This document shows, one piece after another, positions 1 to 10,232 of a stretch of 47,691 bases of DNA. Below the pieces are notes generated by a model. It had not been told where the DNA came from. It ran no database searches and saw nothing but the letters and a program-made list of their open reading frames with translations. Location: positions 1-47,691 of the forward strand of contig NIVC01004388.1 in NCBI GenBank assembly GCA_002269645.1. The letters are read 5' to 3'. Position 1 is the first letter of the stretch. Each line of letters begins with the position of its first letter. This DNA comes from Macrostomum lignano (taxonomy: Eukaryota). The position numbers were made by a program, and so were the translations under genes.

Positions 1-336
1 CTCTCTCTGTCTCTCTCTTGTCTAATTCGATCTTGTTATTATTATCTCTCTCCCTCGCCGCCTTCTGATTGGCTCTCCATTCTTGCCTCTACTTAGTAGC
101 GCACTCCACCCTTTTTAATTATTCTGGACTCAACCCCCTTAAGTTAATGTTTTATACATAACTGGTTTGGGCCCTGTGGCCTCACCCACTTCTCTTACTA
201 TTCAATTTAACTCTAATTTAAATCTATATAATATTCTCTTAATTTAGATTGGTTTATTTAGTATTTCTTAACTGGGCGCATGCGAGAGGTAATGTAGGAG
301 AGAAAGGAGTAAAGTAAGAAAGAGGGATAGGAGGGT

Positions 337-368
<32 letters not shown>

Positions 369-1666
369 TAGAGAGGGAGAGTAAAAGATTTAAATGAGGA
401 CTGAAATATCCATTTTTTCAACAGAGCCTTCATTGATTTACCATTTTTCTAATTTCGCACGAATTACAAGCATCCAGTCCAGATGTAACAAAAATATTTT
501 GCATTATTTTCTATTGAATAGCGGAGAGCATGGAATATTCCGCTCGTCACAGAGGAACAGACAAGGCGCGAAAGAAGACCCGGGAGCCGAGTCTAGCAGA
601 GTGAGAAGATGGCAATTTTTTGGCCCAGTAATGGTGGCGCAGAGCCATGGGATCACCATCGAAGACCGAGGTGCGATCGCCAGACACGCCGATCTCAAAT
701 GGATTTTTTGTGAAATTTTTCTTTATTCGATTACTTGATGGCTCAAACAGGGCCCACGGGTGCAAGAGTTCTCAATGCTACCGACGCATTGGCTGCAGGC
801 AGTGTTGATCCTTCGTCGACGATGGAAGATATGCATGGGCAGATAGGCAGGCTCGGGAGGAGGAAGGCTGAGGGAGAGCCGGTACAGGCAAACTGGGAGA
901 TCGACTGAAAAGCCAGTTCAGAATGGAAAATCCCTGCTACATGTTTACATATTTCTCGCTAAATTACTGTATGTTTCAGAAATACGACAGCCACGCACCA
1001 TGTGCGTAGATTAGCAATCTATGCACTTTTTGATACAAGGAGTCCCTCGCAGCTCTCACCTTTCTTGTTTGTCTCTGAGATGTAACAAAACGCTTCGCAC
1101 CTTGGTCGGAAAAATTGTTTGAATGCTTCTTAGAAAGTTGCTCCCGGATGCACAGGGCAAGTTTGTCAACTTTCTCTTGCTTCCTTTGATTTCAATTTTT
1201 TGTTTTAGCAGACCTTCGCGAGGAGAGCAGGGAAGAGACCGCCGGGGGCCGCCGCATCAGGCTTTTATATCGGTTGTCACGGGTGCTGGCGAACTTTGGA
1301 TTGGACGGCCGCCGAAATGAGCCAAATCATGGCCCGGTCTCGTGTAGCAGACCTGCCCCCGGGCTGCAAAGATGCTTTCTCTGTAGGTGGAGCGTGTGTG
1401 AAAGTCGAATGCGTCAACTTCTGAGTTCAGTATCTACCTGAGCGACTATCGACCTTTTGATACACCCGTGTTGTTTGAGCATGATTCATTTAATGAAACA
1501 TCTCTTGAAAAAAGAGGAAAGAGGGAGGAAGATATGAGTGGAGAGGATAGATAAGAGGGTGAGGAGAAAGTATAGATAATAGTGGAGAGAGAAGAGATTA
1601 GAATGGATATGAGAGATAAAAGAGGAGGCATGAGTGAGACATCAAAGTAGACAAGAGGGATAAGAT

Positions 1667-2024
1667 ACTTACTTACTTTGACTTAGCTGCAGGGGGCTCG
1701 CGCGTCCGGAAACAGCGAGGAGGCGTTGCCGCCCATTTCGCTAACCCCTGGCGACCACGGGCAGCTAGTGCTGCGGTGTCGCGCAGGAGTTCCGGTGGCG
1801 CCGGCGTCCGCAGCGCGGTCCCCCTCCGGAGAGTCCAGGAGGTGGATTGTCGCTCGCCCGGTAGCCCTTAGGTAGCGGACGAGCTGGCAGAGATTCTCGG
1901 GCCTGAAAACGTCGGAGAGGTCCGGGTTTGGGCCGAGGTAGGTGAGCCTGTCCTGAGTAAAGGCGGGGCATTCACAGATGAAGTGCTCCGCATTCTCGAC
2001 ACCGGAGAGGCAGAAAGGGCATTC
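1667..2024 (-). mobile_element. 5'-truncated non-LTR retrotransposon (LINE) 3' end, I/R1/Jockey-group-like ORF2 C-terminus
   Basis: The minus frame from 2024 reads [44 protein letters not shown], a CCHC zinc knuckle plus the typical ORF2 terminal motif. It is followed by a short (TAAG)n tail at about 1667-1678. Confidence 0.75.
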
Positions 2025-2833
2025 CTAACTGCGGATTTTTCCCTGGAGTTAACGATGCCAGAGGGATAAGATATGTCTTTGAATAATAATATTACATTGT
2101 AATACGACAAAGTACCACACGATGCAGTGCAGGTGCCAGGCTATCGGATTCGGACATGCCCCGCATATCTTCATCTCGTCGGAACCAAATCTCAAATAAC
2201 GTTTTACCGTCGGCGTCTGTTTGCGTCCTTGCAAATGTTGGAGACGCTAAAACCGGCATCAACCAATTCTTTCACAACATTATAGATTTTTTGAATAAAG
2301 AATTTTCTGATCGTCGCTAGAAATCTTAGAATCAGGGAATGCGTCCGGCTCACTCAAGAAATGCTCGATTTGATCCGTGGACATTCGAGAAATCATTTCA
2401 TTTTGAAAATTGCCGCAGGTCTAGTAGTTTTCCTTTTCTTGATGGTTCCATGTCCCTTTTTGAGTCATTAAAGCTCTCCTCTATTCTTCTCGTTTCTCCT
2501 CCTCTCTCCTCTCCTCCTCAATGTGCATCTAATGCAACTGCAACCTTTTGTCTATGGTAATTCGTAGTATTACAATGTAACCAAGACCATTGAAGCACGC
2601 AGCGGCTATATATTGAATATTAATCCTACATTTATTCCTTCAAATCGCACTCGATGATTTCTTCAATGAATAAGAAAGTTATGCGTCTATGGAAAAACTT
2701 CCCCGTGTAGCCTGCGTGCGGCAGTTGGCACACCTGGGGGCTCCAACTGCAGCTGCCGCTGTCAGACTTGCACGACAAAGCAAATGATGGACTTTCTCCA
2801 CGATTATCCAAAGACTTCGCGAAGACGCCATAA

Positions 2834-3337
2834 GCGGAGCAGCACCTTGAAGTCGCAGCGGTGCCATCAATCGGCTCGCACTCCAGATATCGGAGACAAA
2901 AACCGTTGCCATCGTCGCCTCCGCCACAAGTACAGCAGTTCCTTCTCGCTGTCTCGGGCCCCGGCGAAGTCACTCGAATCGTACAGGACGCCGCCATCCG
3001 CTCGGTGCTGGCCAGGTTCTCCTGCGAGCTCTGCGTCGGCGGCTCCCTGCTGCGCTGCCGGGTTGACGGACAGTCGGCCCCGGTGATGTACTGCTGCTTG
3101 CGATTGGCGGCCCAGTCCGCTGCCGTCATTCAACACTGCCTGCGCCAACTGGAGCTCCTGCAGCCGCGCTTTGCCGGCAGAATTGTTGTCGGAGAGGAGG
3201 GCGCCGTCTGCGATGCGATGGCCAGCAGGGACGACTTGAACGGGTGCGCTCTGTGCATGTGTGCGGTGCATGTGCGGGCTGGAGTGCATGTGATGCCATC
3301 TGTTCAAACTTTTACCTACGGTTCCGGCTTCTACTGA
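2834..3337 (+). CDS. Hypothetical protein exon (orphan)
   Basis: Open frame of about 165 codons with visibly high GC3 and alternating hydrophobic beta/alpha patterning. No ATG start or family motif recognised. Confidence 0.35.
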   Translation, partial: AEQHLEVAAVPSIGSHSRYRRQKPLPSSPPPQVQQFLLAVSGPGEVTRIVQDAAIRSVLARFSCELCVGGSLLRCRVDGQSAPVMYCCLRLAAQSAAVIQHCLRQLELLQPRFAGRIVVGEEGAVCDAMASRDDLNGCALCMCAVHVRAGVHVMPSVQTFTYGSGFY

Positions 3338-3343
3338 TTTTTT

Positions 3344-3440
3344 GCATGTCCTACTCACTCCTTAGACATCTTGCCATGTCCTACTCACTCCTTAGACATC
3401 TTGCCATGTCCTACTCACTCCTTTAAGACATCTTGTCATG
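3344..3440. repeat. 30-bp tandem repeat, about 3 copies (GCCATGTCCTACTCACTCCTTAGACATCTT)
   Basis: Directly visible periodicity. Confidence 0.9.
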
Positions 3441-3937
3441 TCTGTCTTACATGTAGATTGCCATGTCAGGATAATTGCTGAAACTACTGGATCATTTAAG
3501 TCTAGCTGTCAGTTAAATTTTCAAGAATAAGTCAGTCTAAATGAACCGAGCAGCCAAATTAAATATGCGGGGCACGACGATCTCGACTTTAGTTTTGACA
3601 TTTTAATCACGAAAATCGATTCAAACTGGGATAAAAATCCAACATTTTCGCCATTCTGCATAAATAGAGCATCAGAAGATGGATCAATGATTAATGCGGG
3701 GGTTGATTATGAGTTCCGTGCTGAGCATCTGCAAGTGTCTTCTTTAAAATTGACAATTGAGACTGTTTGTCGACACAGCTGCTTCTCTAGGGCTGAGCAA
3801 ATAAATGCTGGCTCTTGGTGGAAATCTGATGCCCTGCTGTATCAAATTGTCTACCTGATCGCGGCAGCCAAATTAAGCTTCATCCCACTGATCCACCTGA
3901 CTCTTTCTCTTCCACTTGTCTTCTCAAACTCCACCAG

Positions 3938-4320
3938 ATTGCTGGACAGACGGCTGCAGCAGCTTGATGAGGATCCACTCGCCAGAGGTCCGTCGTCGAC
4001 GATGGGGGCATTGAAGCCGAAAACGCCTCCAGCCAAGGCGACATCATCGCACCGAGATCAACGCCAAGCAGAAGCCACCGCTGCCGCCACAATAGCTCCT
4101 ATTGCGTCACTGCCACCTTCGCAGGACAGGATCAGCATGTACTTTAGTGAGAGCGAAAGAGACGAGATCGAAGGCGAAGCTTCCACAGGCAGCGCAAATG
4201 CCGGAGCTGCAGCTAAGAGTGGTGGAGGTGCGGCCAACTGCGGAGTCGTAGATGGTCGCTGGTGGCTGCACGGCGGCCGAACCACCGCCAGCAGCAACCG
4301 GAATGCAAGGCTCGGGCTCT
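3938..4320 (+). CDS. Hypothetical internal exon (orphan, low complexity)
   Basis: Pyrimidine-rich acceptor ending CCACCAG at 3937, GTGAGT donor at 4321, and only one open frame (LLDRRLQQLDEDPLARG..DRISMYFSESERDEIEGE). Confidence 0.4.
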
Positions 4321-5789
4321 GTGAGTAAAGACATACAATAAGGATTCAAACTGACGTTGCCTACTGATAGTAGCTTATAGCCAACTATTCCTTGGGTGAA
4401 CGCGTTGATTTGTTTGTATTGTACTGCGACAATTCTCAAATTAGAGTTGAGGCAACGCTAGTGTCCCTCTGCTGCACTCGTCCCCCACCCGCGTGAAAAC
4501 ACTTTGGGTCTAGAGGCGACTGCATGACAGCGTGGTGGGCCGAGGAGAAGGGGAACTAGAGATGGGACTTTGAAGATAAGAAAGATGGGGAAAATCTCCT
4601 TTGGATAAAGGAGAAGGGATAACCCGATGGTATATTGGTCTTACATAACACGGCCCAATCGGCAAAGCCAGCAGAGCAGCACATAATTACGGCTTAAGGA
4701 ATGTGGAAGTTACTTGTAATAATCTCACGCGAACTCCACTGGTTAAGTAAGTTAGAACTTTACGACTTACGAGAAAGCTTGAGCGACTGCTAGTCAGCGC
4801 ACGCGTATATATATTTAATAGGTACGACGTACATTAGTACACGATACACGTACACGCGAGGACGAGCAATCAATGAGGTTCATACATAAGAAATAACCAA
4901 CGTGCCCAAGCAACCTCAGATCAGTCCAGTGGCTCTTTGCCACATTCATGTTTTATGAAACTGTCAACAATGTGTTACCGTAATTTATTGTTAAGGACAT
5001 TTTTAGCGTTTTGCAACCAACATGTAATAGTCCACCGACTCTAATTCGCCAGTTGCAAGCTCAGAATGACGATAAACAGAGAGGCTTAGTGTCGCCCTCG
5101 CCGCCAACCCGCAGGCTCGCCGCATGCGGCATCGTCAGGATCGGCAGCAGCAGCGGCTGAGCAGCAAAGCCAAACGTTGAGTCGCAGCATGGCCGCCCAA
5201 TGTGGCTCAGGGTCGACAATGACCAGTGGCACCAGAGCGCCTCCTTTGACTGCGGCGCCGCCACCGTTGTCTCCACCTCATCCTGCCCCAACACCACCAC
5301 CTTCATCACCACCGCCGACGCCATCACCTCGGCCGTCGCAGAGGAGTCACTCCAGCCGAACGTTGACCGAATGCATTCAGCAAATGTCTCTCAGTAGCGG
5401 AAGAGGCCAAGGCCGCAGCGGTGGCGGCGAAGGCTGCGAAAGCTCGATTAAACGGTTGCGATCGTTGATTAGTGACAGCGGCGGTGCGTGCCGGCCTGTG
5501 GCCGACTTACTAGACAATTGCAGTTGGAAGACCCATCGTGGTAGTTTGCAGGGGGCTTTAGGAACTGTTGTAAATCAAAGCAGGCAAGCAGTCATGCCCA
5601 TTCTGCTGATCCAACGAGTACGCACACATTTTAGCATAGCATTAAGGTAGCGGTTCACCACAGGGAAACGCACTTTACGGAAACTATTGAAGGGGCCAAG
5701 AATTGGTTGGTACCGCGGATCTGCATGCTCTGAAGGCCAACTACTGCAGTCATCTGTTTATGTTTTTCATGGTGCCAATTTTATAGACG

Positions 5790-6400
5790 CAATTGCCAGC
5801 TCTCGCAGCTCGCGTTGCAGCCGCGGCGGCCACGGCATCAGCACCGGTGCTTCAATCGGAGAAATCACCGGTACCCCGGCAGCCAGCACCGGTGCTTCAA
5901 TCGGAGCAATCACCGGTACCCCGGCAGCCAGCACCGGTGCTTCAATCGGAGAAATCACCGGTACCCCGGCAGCCAGCACCGGTGCTTCAATCGGAGCAAT
6001 CACCGGTACCCCGGCAGCCAGCACCGGTGCTTCAATCGGAGCAATCACCGGTACCCCGGCAGCCAGCACCGGTCAGACTCGGCCCACGTCTTCATCCACA
6101 GAGTCGACGAGAACAGCGATTGCGTCGCCGTCGGCACTGAGAGACCCGACCGGCGCGCTGTCGGCCCGCAGCTCCAGCTGGTGGTGGCAGCGGGCGCGGC
6201 GCCGCTGCCTGGCGCACAAGCGCATCGTCTGGTTCCTGCCGGTCCGCGGCCAGTGCAGGGAGAGGCGGCTGAGGCGCCTGTTACTCCGACTGCTGGCCTG
6301 TCAGCCGCTACCTGCCGCATCAAAGGCGCCGCAAACGCCAGCCTCGCCAGCCGATCTGATCGATTTGTCTGGCGATTGCGAAAACCTAATTGATATTTAA
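5790..6400 (+). CDS. Hypothetical terminal exon containing a 15-aa repeat (STGASIGAITGTPAA)
   Basis: Open frame through a 45-bp repeat, then a GC3-rich stretch ending ADLIDLSGDCENLIDI*. The 5' boundary is unknown. Confidence 0.3.
5840..6073. repeat. 45-bp tandem repeat, 5 copies plus a partial copy
   Basis: Units start at 5840, 5885, 5930, 5975, 6020 and 6065, each with palindrome AGCACCGGTGCT (partial in the last). Confidence 0.95.
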
Positions 6401-7071
6401 TTGAAAGAATTTTTATGCCAGCCAATCAGTTCTCTAGGCCTAGGGGAAGTTTGCAGCAGTAACTAGCCGTATTATTTCGCGTATTTCGTGCGAACTAGTG
6501 CAAAAGTACATGATGAGGTGCAGAAGCACTTTCAATATATTTCGTGCGTATGTCGAATTGGATAAAACACGTAGGCATCGAAAACTATGATCGTGTTTTT
6601 GTCATTAAAAACCCAATTTCAAAATGCATTTGCAAGATACAGGAATATGTTTGACAAGGTGGCAAAATGGTTAGTGGTTCACCCTCTGCAGATGGGGTCT
6701 ACGACAATTGACTGCCAAAACTAACCAGGTTGGCAAACTCTGGGGTTTGAGGTTTGTCTTCTCAGCTTTCTTTCTATTTTCTCTTCTATTCTCTCTCTCT
6801 TCTCTATCCTCCTCTGCCCCGAGGTCACATGGTAGATTCTACATACGCTCGTACATCTGGCCTGTCACTCTGTATTCCTACCGCAGCTCAGAGCTGCCCA
6901 ATCACAGCACAGCAGGGTGAACTCTGAAGCTCAGCCTCATATGCCACTCGCTTAAGGGGAAAACAGCCTCTCAGCTGCGTACTAACCGCGGCCAACTCTG
7001 CTTAACTTGCGGGGTTCTAACAAACCAACAAAAATATTTAGCGGAATAAGATGACGCGAGTGTCGAACAGT

Positions 7072-7826
7072 TCAGCTCGTCGACGAAGGCTGCATCTGCG
7101 TCAGCTGGCATCGAAGCTCTTCGAGCCGCCGCGCCGCCGCTGCCCAGTCGGCCTCGTCCGCTTCGCTTTCGGCGCCGATCTCTGCTGCAGCTGCGGCCGC
7201 AGCGGGCCGCCGTCTGGCCGCTTCCAGACAGCGGAGGCGGCGCAGCTCCCGGGCCGCCGGCAGGAGGTCCGACAGGGCGGCCAGGCGGTCCGCAGCCAGC
7301 CGGCGCAGTTGGCGGCGCCGCGGCGACAGAGCCGATGAAGCCTGCCGTTCGGACTCCACGGAAGCTGGCTGCGCCGGCTCAGCAGTCAAGGCTGCGTCAT
7401 CGCCCGCATCAGCGACCGCCAGAGCAGCTTCGACGTCGGCCAGAGCCTCAGCCCGCCGCTCCCGCCGCTGTCGGTGAAGCCGGCGAAGCTTGGCCCGTTG
7501 GCGGAGCTTCCGGCGGGCGCCGGCGAGCAGGCCGGGGCGGTCAGCCAGCGCCGCTCCGCGTCCAGCTCGGCTCGAAGGCGGGCCAAAGCCGCCTCGTCCG
7601 CTGGCGACGTCAGGGAGGCGGCAGCCTGCAACAGCGCTGAGCGGGCTTCGTTTAGGAGGTCTCGCAGGCGGCAAAGTCGGGCCCGAAGCTCCGGCAATGT
7701 CGGCGACAAAGTCGGAGGCCGCGGCGGCGGCGGGGGCAGCGAGCGGCGCCACTGGTCGAGAACGGCGGACAGGCGGTCAGACTCTGCCAGCCAGTCTGGG
7801 GGCCGCAGCGGCTGGGCTGGGGGATT
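7072..7826 (-). CDS. Hypothetical Ala/Arg/Leu-rich coiled-coil protein, terminal exon with an apparent 1-nt frameshift at about 7534-7537
   Basis: CAG acceptor at 7827. Frame B (PDWLAESDRLSAVLDQWRRS..ELRARLCRLRDLLNEARSALLQ..ELDAERRW) switches to frame A (GLLAGARRKLRQRAKLRRL..WAAAARRLEELRCQL*) at a C4 run. Confidence 0.4.
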
Positions 7827-7973
7827 CTGGCGCAGCGAGGTTGGGGAGCAGGTGTTAAATGCACGTTTGTGTCTCAGATGGTGGTTTCTAGGAAAAATGT
7901 AGGCATGATTTTTTGGAAATTTTAGGAACTTAGGCCAAATACTAGTTTAACCAGTTTTCAGATTTCTTATCAT

Positions 7974-8195
7974 AGATCCCAGTTCCTGATCCGGATTACA
8001 AGCAATAGATCCCAGTTCCTGATCCCGAAAACAAGCAAAAGATCCCAGTTCCTGATCCCGACTCCCAAGCAAAAGATCCCAGTTCCTGATCCCGACTCCC
8101 AAGCAATAGATCCCAGTTCCTTATCCCGACTCCCAAGCAATAGATCCCAGTTCCTTATCCCGACTCCCAAGCAAAAGATCCCAGTTCCTGACCCG
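7974..8195. repeat. About 34-bp minisatellite (GATCCCAGTTCCTGATCCCGACTCCCAAGCAAAA), about 6 copies
   Basis: Directly visible. Confidence 0.9.
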
Positions 8196-8856
8196 ATTTC
8201 CCACCCGAAGATACAGACTTCAATCCAAGAGTCCCTGTTCCGAGTCCTCAATTCCGGTACCAGATGTTAGTTTATGCTGAATTCAAGCTACAAACGCCAT
8301 ACGTGAGGTACTACTCAAAAGTAGAATATGAGCATTAAAAAAACATCAAATTCATGCTCAAAACAATTCAAATATAGTTTGGTGTGGAATGCCGAGATCA
8401 GCTAATTAATAATTTCTCAGAAACCTGGCCGGTAAATGTTTATTTTTGCCTAGCAGGCAGAATGTACTTTTATTATATGTACTTATACACACTAACCAAG
8501 ACGCGAACAAACGAATTGAAACGCAATGCTAACTTGATCGATTTTTCCAACTAATCTTGAATGTACTAGAGGATTAGCGCGCACAATTATAATCTAATAT
8601 CTAATAAGAATAATAAGATTACTATAAGGGTACACTGACTTAAACTGAATGAACCTGCAACGCAGAGTAACTTCTTGGCAAGCAAATAATTCTTTCGATA
8701 CATATCGGTGATGTAAGAAATCGCTACTAACAACAAATTGAAACAATCTTTAATGCACAATGGAAGTTTAATTAATTGTTTTGAAAACCGACGCCAGCAA
8801 AATTGATTTTCGATACATATCGGCTGCTACACGAGATTTCCTTAGTAAGGCGGTGG

Positions 8857-10200
8857 CTACATGCGGAAGACGCCAAACCGAGTGGCCTCAGTTGGCGAGT
8901 TCGCGGCCGCGGACAGGGCCAGCGCCAGCACGGAGCGGGTCTGCTGAGGATCCAGGATGCCGTCATCCCACAGCCTGGCCGAGCTGTAGTAGGGGTGGCC
9001 CTCCTGCTCGTACTTGGCCAGCACCGGCTCGCGAAGGGCTCTGCGAGTTGTGATAGTATACACTGTCGTGAATGTGAACAGTGTACTCAAGCTCGAATGT
9101 GAATTGAACTGTAAATGTGAGAAGTTCAATAGCTCTGTGAAGCGGTGAATGTAGTGAATGTGGATAGTAACTAAATGTACATTTGTGATCATCTGTGATT
9201 TGCTGTTTAACAGCTGTGTGAAATTAATTTAAACTAGCGAATTAGTTGAATGGCGTGCATTTCTGCCGTAGCTGTTCCAGCGTAATTGGTGAAATAATTA
9301 AGCTGTGAACAGGTGAATTTGTGAAAGTGGTGAACGAGTGAATCAGTGAGCGTAGTAAACCGTAAACTATTGAAATGTTAAACGCTCTGATATTTTAACA
9401 TGTGAATTTGTGAGCGGGGTGAACTGGTGAATCTGTGAACGGGGTGAACTGGTGAATCTGTGAACGGGTAAACTGGTGAATCTGTGAACGGTTAAACGGG
9501 TGAATCTGTGAAAGGGATGAATTGGTGACTCGGTAAAATGGGTGAAGTGTGGCGAATCGATGTAAAGGGGTGAACTGGTGAATCGATGTAAAAGGGGTGA
9601 ACTGGTGAATCTGTGAACGGGTGATTCTGTGAACGGGTGAACTGGTGAATCTGTGAACGGGTGAACTGGTGAATCTGTGAACGGGTGAGCTGGTGAATCT
9701 GTGAACGGGTGAGCTGGTGAATCTGTGAACGGGATGAATTGGTGACTCGGTAAAATGGGTGAAGTGTGGCGAATCGATGTAAAGGGGTGAACTGGTGAAT
9801 CGATGTAAAGGGGTGAACTGGTGAATCGATGTAAAGGGGTGAACTGGTGAATTAGTGAACGGGGTGAACTGGTGAATCGGTGAACGGGGCGAATGAGGAT
9901 AACTCGCACCTGGACTCCGCCTCGGTCCAGTCGCGGCCCTCCCTCTGCCGCTGCTCCCGCTGGATCTGGTCCAGCACATTGGCGGCCTGCTCGCCGCCCA
10001 TAACGCTGATACGCGAGTTGGGCCACATGAACAGGAAGCGGGGGTCGTAGGCGCGGCCGCACATGCCGTAGTTGCCGGCGCCGTAGCTGCCTCCGACAAT
10101 CAGGGTGATCTTGGGCACCCGGGCGCAGGCCACGGCGGTCACCAGCTTCGCTCCATGCTTGGCGATGCCGCCAGCTTCGGCCTCGCGGCCAACCATGAAG

Positions 10201-10232
<32 letters not shown>

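Noticed and set aside
394-900. Coding-like segment and 114-aa ORF
   Set aside because: No recognisable motif, splice structure or codon bias in any frame. It may be a decayed TE but I cannot support that.
1690-1830. HDV-like ribozyme (GCCTCCTCGCTG and GCGAAATGGG resemble HDV segments)
   Set aside because: The segments are in the wrong order, and the P3 and P1 pairing partners are absent on manual inspection.
2040-2310. Ankyrin-like fragment on the minus strand (VVKELVDAGFSV / DADGKTLFEI)
   Set aside because: The two pieces are in different frames with stops, and the match is too short to support.
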